In this document: positions 9,446 through 20,400 of the stretch, in pieces
Numbering within the stretch: the stretch's first letter is position 1
How the letters are laid out: each line of letters opens with the position of its first letter
Source: a virus
Taxonomy: Duplodnaviria > Heunggongvirae > Uroviricota > Caudoviricetes
IMG/VR virus record: IMGVR_UViG_3300033068_001142
Span: 1 to 48,261 of that record
Direction: 5' to 3' (one strand)
DNA: 48,261 nt
Notes under the pieces: generated by a model
Told to the model about the DNA's origin: nothing
Database searches by the model: none
What the model saw: only the letters and a program-made list of their open reading frames with translations
Position numbers and translations under genes: made by a program

Positions 9446-9579
9446 TGGAAGGGTTAGCGGCTCAAGCAGTTAGCAATATGTATGGTAATGGTGAAGGTCA
9501 GACTGTTAAGCATTACTATGGTGGTGCTAGTATTGGTAAACAAGAGAAAAAGAAAATTAAGAAGAAAAAGGAAAAGTAA
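9445..9579 (+). CDS. Small basic protein, 44 aa, not in the ORF track (MEGLAAQAVSNMYG...KQEKKKIKKKKEK)
   Basis: Read by hand; TAATG overlaps at both ends. Confidence 0.7.
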   Translation: MEGLAAQAVSNMYGNGEGQTVKHYYGGASIGKQEKKKIKKKKEK

Positions 9580-9974
9580 TGGCTGGATTAGCGAATAGTG
9601 TAAGTGGAAAAAGTGGTATGGAAGATGTGGCAAAGTTAATAGGTACGTTGTTTATGAGTAGAACTTACTCACATATGGCGCACTTAAAGACTGGTAGTTT
9701 TGCTCAACATAAGGCATTGAATGAGTTTTACGACGGGATTGTTGATTTAACTGATGACTTAGCAGAAGCATCTCAAGGGTTGTTTGGCAAGTTAGATGTT
9801 CCGTATATTAATTTAATGGGTAATATAAATGACCCTATTGGAGGTATGCAAGCTCACCTTAAGGCTGTTGAGAAATTAGCTATGAGTTGTGAAGAGGAGT
9901 ATTTAAAAAATATTTTTCAAGAGATTCAAGCGCTGTATAGAAAGACTATTTATTTATTAACGGAGTTATCATAA
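9579..9974 (+). CDS. Dps/ferritin-like four-helix protein (DUF5856-type)
   Basis: SHMAHLKTGSFAQHKALNEFYDGIVDLTDDLAE resembles the Dps H..HW..G..F..H..FEE.Y......D..AE pattern. Confidence 0.7.
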   Translation: MAGLANSVSGKSGMEDVAKLIGTLFMSRTYSHMAHLKTGSFAQHKALNEFYDGIVDLTDDLAEASQGLFGKLDVPYINLMGNINDPIGGMQAHLKAVEKLAMSCEEEYLKNIFQEIQALYRKTIYLLTELS

Positions 9975-10000
9975 TGGGTTGTAAGCCAAAGAAAAAATAA
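9974..10000 (+). CDS. 8-aa mini-ORF MGCKPKKK
   Basis: Exactly fills the gap between two genes, with TAATG overlaps at both ends. Confidence 0.45.
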   Translation: MGCKPKKK

Positions 10001-10179
10001 TGGAAAAGCCTAAGATTAAGATTAAAGAAGTTAACAAAGGCAAGTTTGCAGAGTACTGTAAGAGAAAGGGTTATGAAGGTGTTACTAGTAAGTGTGAGGA
10101 AGAAGGACTTGCTAGTAGGCTTTCAGGAGTTAGGAAGATGGCTCAATTTAGTAAAAACTCTAAAGAGTGGAATGATTAA
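10000..10179 (+). CDS. Small basic protein, 59 aa (MEKPKIKIKEVNKGKFAEYCKRKGY...WND); replaces the shadow ORF 10046-10228
   Basis: Read by hand; TAATG-coupled start; NKGKF..YCKRKGY..C..G pattern of a small phage protein family. Confidence 0.7.
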   Translation: MEKPKIKIKEVNKGKFAEYCKRKGYEGVTSKCEEEGLASRLSGVRKMAQFSKNSKEWND

Positions 10180-10183
10180 GATT

Positions 10184-10209
10184 CTTTTAAGTAACAATAC
10201 TGTACAATC
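10184..10209 (+). promoter_or_regulatory. Predicted late promoter upstream of the head genes
   Basis: TTTTAAGT then TACAAT at 10203-10208; AGGAGG RBS before ATG 10270. Confidence 0.45.
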
Positions 10210-10269
10210 CCTTAATAAGAATAGCTAACAAACGCTAATTCTAATAAATCAATAACTAGGAGGACTCAA

Positions 10270-10605
10270 ATGATGAGTAACCAAACAGCTGATATGGGAT
10301 TAACAGCAACAGAAATTAAGGAATATAACTACTGGGTAGGTATGAGACAGGCATTAGATAGATTAGAAGCTAATCCTGATTTTCAGAAAATTATCTTAGA
10401 AGGTTATTTTAGAGATAAAGCAGTTAACGGAGTTAGTTTATTAGCTTCACCGTTAGTTAAAAGAAACGGGTCAAGAGGTGATGTTTTCGAATCATTAGTT
10501 GCAATTAGTCAATTGCAAGATTACTTTATTACTATTAGAGATATGGGTGCAGAAGATACTGCTAATGATGAAGAAGATGAATCTGTAGACGAGATTGAAG
10601 GGTAA
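10270..10605 (+). CDS. N4 gp58-like protein
   Basis: ALDRLEANPDFQKIILEGYF motif; N4 order portal-gp58-gp57-MCP. Confidence 0.75.
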   Translation: MMSNQTADMGLTATEIKEYNYWVGMRQALDRLEANPDFQKIILEGYFRDKAVNGVSLLASPLVKRNGSRGDVFESLVAISQLQDYFITIRDMGAEDTANDEEDESVDEIEG

Positions 10606-10610
10606 GTATA

Positions 10611-11777
10611 ATGACTGAAGATCAATTATACAACCTTTCTGACGAAGAAGCAGAAAGAATGTTCCAAGAGGCAAGAGCCTCTATGGATAGTCCTGTTACC
10701 GGGATTGAAGAAGAGTATGTAGATAATCTACCAGATGAGATTGAAGAGTTAGAGCCGGAACAACCTGATGAGTTAGTGGATTCCGATGATGACTTAGATA
10801 TAGTTGATGATGTTACAGTATCAGATGGCTCAGATACAGACAACAATAAGCTTGACGAAGATATTGATGATGTTGAAGAACAACCAAAAGATGATGAAAT
10901 TGATGATACACTGGAAGAAATTACTGAAGTACAAAAGTTAAAAGTTAGAGCTAATGGTCAAGAGTATGAGTTCACGCCGAGAGAAATGGAAGAGATGTTT
11001 CCTAAGATCTTTGGACAAGCCTTAGATTATACTAAAAAGACGCAAGCAATTAAACCATGGAGAAAAACCATAGATGCTATTGAACAAGCCAAGCTTAGCC
11101 ATGATGATATTAACTTAGCAATTGATGTACTTAAAGGTGATAAAAATGCTATTACAGAAATTATCAAGAGAAATGGAATCGATACGTTAGACCTTGATAC
11201 TGAGAATAGTAAATACATACCAAAAGATTATGGTAGGGATGAAACTACTTTAAATATTAAAGAGGTAGTTGAAAAGATTAGTGCCGATAGAGAGTATGAA
11301 ACTACTCAAAGAATTCTATCAAAAGATTGGGACGAGAATAGCTTTAAAGAATTCACTAAAGATCCTTCGTTAATTGAAGCTTTACATATAGACGTAAAAA
11401 CAGGTACGTACTCAAAAGTACAACCAATAGCAGAAAAGATTAAAGTTTTTGACGGTGCACGCAAGACTGACTTAGAGTATTACAAGTTAGCGGCGAAGGA
11501 ACTAGCTAGAGAAGAGGCTGAGAATTACCGTAGAGTAGAAGCTCTAGAGGCACAAAAATTAGCTAGAGAAGCTAAGTTAGCTAAGCAACAAGAGATTGAG
11601 AGAGTAAAAGCTAAGCAAGCTCAGCAGACAGCTGTAAGAGAAAAAGCGGAAGTAAGAAAGGCTGCAGCTCCGACTAAGTCGAATGCTGGAACAAAAAAAT
11701 CTGTTACTGATTATTTAGATGAGTCTGAAGAGGCTTATGATGATTGGTATAAGAAAAACGTACTAGACAAGATGTAG
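10611..11777 (+). CDS. N4 gp57-like protein (scaffold-like)
   Basis: Very acidic N-terminus, KVRANGQEY..ALDYTKKTQAIKP, coiled-coil C-terminus ending KAAAPTKS; directly before MCP. Confidence 0.8.
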   Translation: MTEDQLYNLSDEEAERMFQEARASMDSPVTGIEEEYVDNLPDEIEELEPEQPDELVDSDDDLDIVDDVTVSDGSDTDNNKLDEDIDDVEEQPKDDEIDDTLEEITEVQKLKVRANGQEYEFTPREMEEMFPKIFGQALDYTKKTQAIKPWRKTIDAIEQAKLSHDDINLAIDVLKGDKNAITEIIKRNGIDTLDLDTENSKYIPKDYGRDETTLNIKEVVEKISADREYETTQRILSKDWDENSFKEFTKDPSLIEALHIDVKTGTYSKVQPIAEKIKVFDGARKTDLEYYKLAAKELAREEAENYRRVEALEAQKLAREAKLAKQQEIERVKAKQAQQTAVREKAEVRKAAAPTKSNAGTKKSVTDYLDESEEAYDDWYKKNVLDKM

Positions 11778-11814
11778 TCTAGTACAAATCAAAAATTGAA
11801 GGGAAATTAAAAAT

Positions 11815-12999
11815 ATGGCAGTAACTAACGTTTATGGAAACGGATTAAATTCAACAGCTGGTGCAAACACGGTCGTACATTATTACGATAGAGCAGGTAT
11901 TAAAGCAGCTAATAGAAAAAATGTATATGGGCAATTTGTATCAAGAAAAGAAATGCCTTCTAAAATGGGTAAAACGTTTAAGATTTCAAAATTCTTACAC
12001 ATGTATGATAGAGCATTAAATGATGCTGACTTTGCAGCAAAAGGATATATGACAGCAAGAACTGCTGATGAAGTTTCAACAGCTTTAACTAATGCGTCTT
12101 TAGCTGAAGGTGCTGGTGCAGTTAACAAAAGATCGTTACAAAAAATTACAGTTGAGACATCAGTAGCTAGATATGGTGAAATGATTGACTATACTGATGA
12201 AGTTGAGTTATTCTCTGAAGATTACATTCAAGTTAAGTATAGAGAAGAGTTAGGGGAATTAGCTAATTCAAGATATGAAGATTTATTACAGTTAGATATG
12301 TTAGGAACTGGTACAGTAATGTATTCAGGTGCTGCTACATCTAAAGCTACGATTGGAGCTTCAATTGCTACTGATGGTTCTGACGATGATGAGTGGAAAG
12401 TATCTTACGATTTAATCAGAAAATCAGTAAGAAAATTAGTTAGAAATAGAGCTAAGAAAAACACATCAATTGTTGAAGGTTCAGTGAAAATTGGAACTAG
12501 ACCAATTGCAGCATCTTACTATGCTATTATTGATTCTGATGTTAAGACAGATTTAGAAAACTTAACAAGAGGTTCTTCTTATGAGAAAGAGTTTGTATTT
12601 ACTCCATTAGAAAAATACGGTAATGCTAAAGAGGCTGCTGAAGGTGAAGTTGGTGCAATGTACCAAGTAAGATTCATTGAGTCTGAAGCTGCAGTTGTTT
12701 ATGCTGGAAAAGGTGCTACAGTACCTGCTGGATACAATGGAACATTAGCTTACACTGGAACAATTGGTGCTGGTGCTAAGTTTGACGTACATGCAATTTT
12801 ATTCCCGACTGAAGGTTCATTTGCAACTGTTGGTTTAAAAGGGCAAGGGAAAATTAAATTTAATGCACAAGATCCATCAAAAATTGAGTTAATCAATCCA
12901 TACGGAACACAAGGGTTCTTCTCTTACAACTTCTGGTATGCAGGGATTATCTTAGAAGAAGAGAAACTGTTAGCTGTATACTGTGCAGCAAGCAAGTAA
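11815..12999 (+). CDS. Major capsid protein (N4 gp56 family)
   Basis: YDRAGI..YGQF..MPSKMGKTFKI..DR..D, KIGTRPI..Y, GEVG..RFI, DP..NPYGTQGF motifs; strongly biased codons. Confidence 0.92.
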   Translation: MAVTNVYGNGLNSTAGANTVVHYYDRAGIKAANRKNVYGQFVSRKEMPSKMGKTFKISKFLHMYDRALNDADFAAKGYMTARTADEVSTALTNASLAEGAGAVNKRSLQKITVETSVARYGEMIDYTDEVELFSEDYIQVKYREELGELANSRYEDLLQLDMLGTGTVMYSGAATSKATIGASIATDGSDDDEWKVSYDLIRKSVRKLVRNRAKKNTSIVEGSVKIGTRPIAASYYAIIDSDVKTDLENLTRGSSYEKEFVFTPLEKYGNAKEAAEGEVGAMYQVRFIESEAAVVYAGKGATVPAGYNGTLAYTGTIGAGAKFDVHAILFPTEGSFATVGLKGQGKIKFNAQDPSKIELINPYGTQGFFSYNFWYAGIILEEEKLLAVYCAASK

Positions 13000-13007
13000 C
13001 CTTAGGT

Positions 13008-13051
13008 AGAGTTGGCTTTAAGCCTTCTCTAACTAAACTTATTATATAATA
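13008..13051 (+). promoter_or_regulatory. Imperfect hairpin after MCP followed by a -10 box for the gp55-like gene
   Basis: AGAG-TT-GGCT/AGCC-TT-CTCT inverted repeat; TATAAT at 13045-13050. Confidence 0.45.
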
Positions 13052-13080
13052 ACACTAAACAACCATAAAGGAATTAGAAA

Positions 13081-13593
13081 ATGACAAAAACATTAGAAGA
13101 ATTAAAACAAGAAGCTAAGGATTTAGGTATCAAATTTGTACCAAATATATCAGCTGAGAAGTTAGCTATCAAAATAGAAGAGTTTTACGAATCACAAGAG
13201 ACTTCTGACAAAGAAATCTTAGAAGCTGCGGTTGAAGCTAAAGAAAAATCAGAAGAGAAATCTGCTGTGAGTGGTAAAACTGGAGCAGTAGAAAAAGCAA
13301 GAATTGCGGAAGAGTACGCTAGAAAGACTAGAATTATTACTATTATTGATAATGATCAAAGAGTAAATAATCAAACTACGGTGGCTACTGTTAACTGTTC
13401 AAACATGTACTTTGATTTAGGTACTGCACACATTCCATTGAATGTTCCAGTTGAAGTTAAACAAGGGCATATCGACGTATTAAAAGGTGTTGAGATTCCT
13501 CAGCATGTAAAAGACCCAGTGTCTGGGCTTCATAGAGTTAATATTAGACCACGTTATACGATATCGTACGAAGATATTAAAACTGGTGAATAA
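13081..13593 (+). CDS. N4 gp55-like protein
   Basis: LKQEAKDLGIKFVPNISAEKL N-terminus; position after MCP. Confidence 0.75.
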   Translation: MTKTLEELKQEAKDLGIKFVPNISAEKLAIKIEEFYESQETSDKEILEAAVEAKEKSEEKSAVSGKTGAVEKARIAEEYARKTRIITIIDNDQRVNNQTTVATVNCSNMYFDLGTAHIPLNVPVEVKQGHIDVLKGVEIPQHVKDPVSGLHRVNIRPRYTISYEDIKTGE

Positions 13594-13599
13594 GCTAAT

Positions 13600-13637
13600 A
13601 AGCCCTCGCTACAGAAATGTGGTTGAGGGCTTTTTTA
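13600..13637 (+). terminator. Rho-independent terminator
   Basis: AAGCCCTC...GAAA loop...GAGGGCTT followed by a T run. Confidence 0.85.
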
Positions 13638-13669
13638 TTATCTAAAAATAAAAGTAAAAAGGAATTACT

Positions 13670-14122
13670 ATGACAACAATAACGGTTGAAGATTTAACTA
13701 ATAGCACTAGTGTGAGTGGAGGTAGCAGCAATGGTACTGGAACATTTGACAAATTAATGAATACTATTAATTTACACCTCAATGACCAATACCAAAGTGG
13801 TAGGTTAAAAGGTACGGATTACGCTAATGTACTACTTGGAAGTATACAGCATGCAATTTCACAAAGTTTACAATTTACGTTACAGAAACAGTTGACGTCA
13901 GCTCAGGTGGATCTAGCTATTAAGGATTTAGAAATTAAACAGTATGAACTAGATAATCTATTACCATTACAAAAAAGTAAAGGTGAAGAGGATATAAAGT
14001 TAGTTTACGTTACAAGAGTAGGAAAAGATAAAGAAGTTGCTGGAATGGGATTGGACTTAGTTATTAAAGGTAACAATGATACTCCACCAAACACGTATAC
14101 ACCTAAGTATGAGGTAATATAA
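13670..14122 (+). CDS. N4 gp54-like protein (short paralog 1)
   Basis: NGTGTFDKLM..I.LHL..QY..GRLKGTDYA motif. Confidence 0.7.
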   Translation: MTTITVEDLTNSTSVSGGSSNGTGTFDKLMNTINLHLNDQYQSGRLKGTDYANVLLGSIQHAISQSLQFTLQKQLTSAQVDLAIKDLEIKQYELDNLLPLQKSKGEEDIKLVYVTRVGKDKEVAGMGLDLVIKGNNDTPPNTYTPKYEVI

Positions 14123-14478
14123 TGGCTAGTAAGTTTATAATAAGTAAGGGTATGAGTAATGAGTTTATTATTACGATTAAGCAGGATGGTACTACATTAC
14201 CAATGGTAATTGACGCTGGGGATACTTTTGTTAGTAAGTTGTTTAAGATGAGTGATGGAAGTGTTGTGGCTACATTAGCTACTACTGTTGAAGATGCTAG
14301 TAATGGTAGGATTAAAATTGTTATTAGTGATAAGGTGGTTAATGGGCTAGATATTGAGCGAGGTGACAAAGCTGATTACTATTATGCTAAACCGTTGTAT
14401 AGATTAGCTATTGACTGTAATACGTTGAATAACGGTAAGTTTGTTGCTAAAGTTGATAAGGTGTACGTAGAATGGTAG
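14122..14478 (+). CDS. Tail/baseplate adaptor-like beta protein (BppU N-terminal-like)
   Basis: beta-rich; VEDASNGRIKIVISD pattern; precedes the giant tail protein. Confidence 0.4.
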   Translation: MASKFIISKGMSNEFIITIKQDGTTLPMVIDAGDTFVSKLFKMSDGSVVATLATTVEDASNGRIKIVISDKVVNGLDIERGDKADYYYAKPLYRLAIDCNTLNNGKFVAKVDKVYVEW

Positions 14479-17400
14479 AAATAACGAATGAGAATGGTAT
14501 TGAGGTTATAGTTAGTGATCCCAGTATAGAGGCTGATGTTGTTAATCTGAATGAGTTAGACATTAGGGTATCTAAGAAAGAGTATACGATTGTTGGTGAT
14601 GATATATATATACCTAAGCTGTATGATGATGCACCGGAGTGGATGAAGAACTTAGTTCAGATAGTAGTAGATGTTAGTCTGGAAACTGGTAATACTGATT
14701 TGATTAATCAGTTGAATAGTGTGTTGAGTGAGTTTGCTACACAGTATGTACCGTTAAACCAGTATACTCAAAGTATATTAGATTTAAGCAATGAGGATAC
14801 ACGAATTAATGCTGTAATAGAAACTCTGAATAGTAACTATAATGATGGCATTAGTGAGGCTAATGCACAGATAATTGGATTACAATTGACTAAAGCTAGT
14901 AAGACTGAAGTTGTTGCTCAAGTGCTTCAGACTATATCTGCAGAATTACAGAATGATGAGAGTAATTTAGGTGCAGTAGTAGCTAGGTTGGATCAGGCTA
15001 TCGCTGATGAGAGTAGTGCAAGAGCTATGAGTTTTGAAACTGTAATGGCTAGTATGGAAAGCTTGGATGGCACTGTTAGTGGTGAGGCAAGTGCTACTAG
15101 TAAGTTGTATGCGTATGTTGGGTATGAGAGGGATGGAAGTACTACTGGTACTGGTCTGTTAGCTGATGTGCAAATACTACAAAAACAGAATGATGGGGTG
15201 ATTGAAACATATACTGGAACATACGATGTAATGATAGGTATAGAAGATCCGAACAATAACACAGACAATGACCAACTAGATGCTACAAAAGAACCATATG
15301 CTAGCTGGATAGCAGAAGATACATTAAATGGAAATAACGCTGTTAGATCTTCACATACTGGAGATGTTTTTATAAAATACTCTACTTCTGAGTTCGGGTA
15401 TAAAACATATATAAGAGCATATAAGTTTATAAGAACAATACCAGATGCGACTAGTCCTTACTCAACTGACCTAGAAGGATTTACATGGGCGGTTATTAGT
15501 GATACAGATGCACAAAATGCCTATATTGCAGCATTGAATGCATTGGATTTGGCTGATGACAAGAGAAGAGTATATGTCGGTTTAGGGACGACAACTACAC
15601 CAAGTGTGCCTTATGATCAAGGTGACTTATGGTTGATAGATGCTGCTAGAACTGTAAATGGGTATGCGTGTAAAGTAGGTGATATATTAAGATGTCTTGA
15701 GAGTAAAGGTAAAGTAGCTACATACGAAGAGAATGACTGGGTATTAACTAGTAGTTATGCAAATGCTGTAGCTGCTGAGGCTGCTGCGCTTGAAACATGG
15801 AAGAATACAACGTATGCAAGTACTATAGCAACTATACAGACACAAGTGGATGGTAAAGCAGAGACGTTCTACCAAAGCAGTATACCTACTGGTAGGATAA
15901 AATCTATTAATGTTCCTACTAACAGTACTTTGGATAAGTATGTTGGTGATCTATGGAAAAATACATACGTAGGTACTACCGGTGGGTATCTTGGAGATAA
16001 TACAGAGTATATATATACAAAAACTGCTAATGGTAGTAACTGGAACTACGATTGGACTAAGATGGAAGTTCCGGATATCGTGTTTGATACTATAGACACT
16101 AAGAAAAGTATTTATAGTGGTAATAGCCTCCCTGTAGCTGTATATCCTGATGTAATCGAGTTAAATGATATGTGGATAACCGGTGATACCCCTGTTGCTC
16201 CGTATGTAGCTAAAAGTATATATGTATGGTCTAAAACAGGTAGTAATCCGGATACGTTTAGATGGGTAATACCTGTTAAGTATACGGACGATACGGCGAC
16301 GGTTGCTCTGCAAACTGGGTTAGTTAATGGTACCGTGATAGTAAATTTAGCTAGTGCTACTATTGATGGAAGTAAAGCTTTAACTACGTATGTAGCAGAA
16401 GAAATTGATAAAGAAGTTGTTATATATAGCGGTACTAATCATGCGACACAAACTGGTATGAAATCTAATGATATTTATATAGAAAAAACTACAGCAGTAA
16501 GCTCTAGTGGTATAACTATAGATGTTGTTAATACATGGAAGTATAATGGTTCAGCTTGGGTTCAAATAGGTAACAATTCAAACCTTACTGCTCTTGCAGA
16601 TTTAACTGATGGGAAAAGAACTATATATAGTGGTACTTCACTTCCAATTAATTCAACATTGAATCCATTAAGACCTAATGATTTATTTATACCTACGAGT
16701 ACATTTGTAGCAAATACTATTACGTATACAGCTAATGAAATGTATAGATATAACGGAGTATCATGGGAGAAGGCAACTAGGTATGATGAGATAAAGTCCT
16801 TATTGCAAACACAAATAGATAATAAGATAGAGACTACTTATGGTGGAGCTACTCCGCCTTACGCAAATCGAACTAATGTAGCTAAAGATCCTAGAGGTGG
16901 TGACTATTGGTACTGTGATACTGATGGTGCCTACTTAAAAGGTAATGTCTATAAATATACTGAAACTGCTAACGGTAGTAATTTTAACTATACATGGACG
17001 TTGAGCTCTGATGTTTCTAAGGGTGCTTTTGACTTGGCTGACAAAAAAAGAATAATTTTTGGAAATGCTGGCAATAGTGTACCAACCTTGGGGGAAGGAC
17101 TTGCGCTAGCTGATATATGGATACCTTCATCTGACGGTAGTATATATTTATCAGGTAAGGTTTATAAGTGTACAAATTTAAATCCAATAGCATTCGTAGA
17201 GGTTGACTACACAAATGATGAAGTTGTTAATGGTATAATAAGTGGTACTACTCCTCTTGACCCTAACACCATAACTATCGGAAACATAAATACTACATTC
17301 TTAGAGTACATTACTGCTGAGATTGATGGGAAAGTTGGAGTGTATAGTGGTGAAACTGCACCTGTTAACGGCCAACCATCCGGTGTAGCTGTTAATGATA

Positions 17401-20400
17401 TATATTTATGGTTTACTACCGCAAGTAAAGTATTAGCTAATGGTACTACTCAAGTATACGATATTACTAGAACATATAAGTATTCTGGTACTGTATGGAA
17501 TGAGATAACTACAGATAGTAACATCGTTGCCCTAGCAGATTTGGCTGATGGAAAAAGAACTGTTTTTAGTGGAAATACAGTGCCTGTTGGTTCTGTTGAC
17601 CGAGATATATGGATACCTAGTGCTGATGTTAGTATAACTACAAGTGCTATGTGTTCAGTTGCTAACGGTACTTGGAATGGTACTTCATGCAGTGTCTCAA
17701 AATATTATCAAGGAGAAGTTTATCAATTTAGTGCTACGGGTAAATGGATAGTGGCTACAAAATACACAGCAAATCTAGAAGCTGTAAGAACTAACTTACA
17801 AGGTCAGTTGGATGGTAAGGTAGAAACATACTATCAAGCTACAGTTCCTACTGGAATGACAGCTCTTAATAACGGAGACTATTGGTACTGTACTGCTGAT
17901 GTTAGTACCTACAAAAAAGGTAAAGTGTATAAGTATGTACATGCTACTACTTCGTGGGCTGAGACTGCAGACGTTAGTAGATATGCGTTTGATGTTGCAG
18001 ATGGTAAAGCTGCTATATTTTCTAGTACTAATCTTCCTACGTCAGGGTACAAAATAAATGATATGCTAATTGTAGTAGGGTCGTTTAATAATGGTACTAC
18101 AACCTTTGCTGATGGGGTTGTGCTTTCATCTACGGCTAATAGGACTTCTGGATTTACTCCTGCTGATTGGGTTAAAAAAATAAATGATACAGAAGACTTA
18201 GATGCGTTTGTTAGTGGTACATATACTCCTACAGTGACTAGTCTGCAAAATCAAGTAGATGGTAAAGTAGAAAGTTGGTTTCAGAATAGTACAAGTGATC
18301 CGAAAACTGCATGGACTGATGCAGCTACTAGAAGTAAGCACGATGGGGATTTATGGTATCAGTTAGACACTAATAGAAGTTACTGGTATAGTAGTAGTAC
18401 AAATGCGTGGAATTTGATTGATGATGAAAAAGCAATACAAGCATTAACTAATGCTGCTGCTGCTCAAACTTCAGCTAACAATGCACAGACTAGTGCTAAT
18501 ACTGCTAACAGTTTACTAGCGGATATAGCAAGTGATAACAAGTTAGTACCTTCTGAAAAAGTAGCTGTTAAGAAGGAGTGGGATATCATTCAAAGTGAGT
18601 ACACTAAGAACTGGGCACAGGGGAATGTTTATGGTGTTAGTACTAGTAGTTACACTAGTGCGTATAATTCATTGAGTGGGTACATAACACCGTTATTGAG
18701 TAGTTTGACTACTACTAGTGATATTGTTGGTACTACTTTTAGAAATATGTTTAAAGCGTACTATGATGCTAATGTTGATGTGCTAAATGCTGTGGCAAAT
18801 AAGATTAATGCTATTGCTGATGGTAAAATAACTAGTTACTATATTGATACTTTTAGCAGTTTACAAGCTTTAAGTAATGGTTGGACTACAGCTGAAAAGA
18901 CTAGTAATGTTGGGGATCTAGCTACTGTATGGAATGATAGTACGTTAGATAACAATGGGTTATGGAGATGGAATGGTACTAGCTGGGTTAGTGCTAGGGA
19001 TAAGAAGTTGGTGTCGATAGCTGGTGAAGTAACTAACTTGAGTACGGAGTTAAATAATGGTACTAACACTTGGGCAAGTGCTGATAGTGAGTTAGAGAAT
19101 AGCCTTAGGACAGAGATTAGTAGTGAAGGTGCTAGGGTAGAGAGTAAGTTTGCGTATAATAGTACGCTAGTGTTAAATGGAACATCTTATAGCAGTGGGT
19201 TTGGTATAGCAACTAGTTTGACAAGTGGTAGTGGTTTACCGACTGGTCAAAGTGAGTTTTGGATTAAGGCAGATAAGTTTAAGTTAATGAGTGCTGATGG
19301 AAGTAAGAAAAGTAGTTATAGTCCGTTTACTGTGGATAGTGTAACTGGGGAGATTAATTTTAATGGTAAGGTTAGCTTTAACAGTATCCCAAGATCACCA
19401 ACAAACATAATAGCTGAAACGTGGTCTGAAGGTAATGGATCTACACCATTATATAATATTGTTGGCTCATCTTATGAGAATGCCAGAATTTACATGAATA
19501 ATCCTAGTGGTCAGTTATCTGTTGTTTGGGCATGTATAGCTGATGGAACTGGAAACTCTGATGGTGGGTGGGATACTGTACCATTTCAAATAGATAGGAC
19601 AAAAACTTATAGGTTTTCTGTGTTCATTAAGACGAATCAAGCTAATGGTTCAAGTTATTTAGGGTGCGGTCCTAATACTGTTACAACTTTAAACAGCAGT
19701 ACAAAAGATGGAAACCCTTACTTTTGGTATGGTGACTTGCCTTCACAGAATGAGTGGTATCTACTAGTAGGGTATGTATACCCTAGTGGTAAAACTGGAT
19801 TAGTATCAAATGGTGGTATATATAGCTGTACAAATGGAAGAAAAGTAGCTAACACAACTGACTTCAATTGGGCTGCCGATGCTGTTAATAGTAATCATAG
19901 ATGCTACTTATACTATAGTGATTCACAGTTTACTAGGCAGTTTATGTATGACCCTAGAGTTGAGATGGTTGACGGTAATGAGCCATCTATACTTGATATG
20001 ATAAATACAACTAATGTTGGATATTCTCCAAGTGAGGTTGTGAGCTCTATTAACGGAGGACAGACTACAACGATTGATGGTGGTAAGATTACTACTGGGA
20101 GTATAACTGCATCACAAATAAATACGGTTGGGCTAATAGCTGAAAACATAAGTGCAAACGAAATAGTTGGAAAAACCATGACTGGAAGTATAATAAATGG
20201 TGCTTCAATAAATGGATCAGTTATAAAAACTAGCTATCTCGATCTAGACGGTGATTTAGAAGTACTAACGGACTACCACTTATGCACTTCTCAGTCACAA
20301 TTAGATGCGTTACTAACTTCTGGGGGTGACGGACGACTTGTAGGTTTTAACGATAAAGTTGAAAATGGTGGAGATGCTATCTTCATGGAAGCATCTAACG

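Noticed and set aside
10046-10228. 60-aa ORF from the track
   Set aside because: Shadow frame of the better-supported ORF 10000-10179
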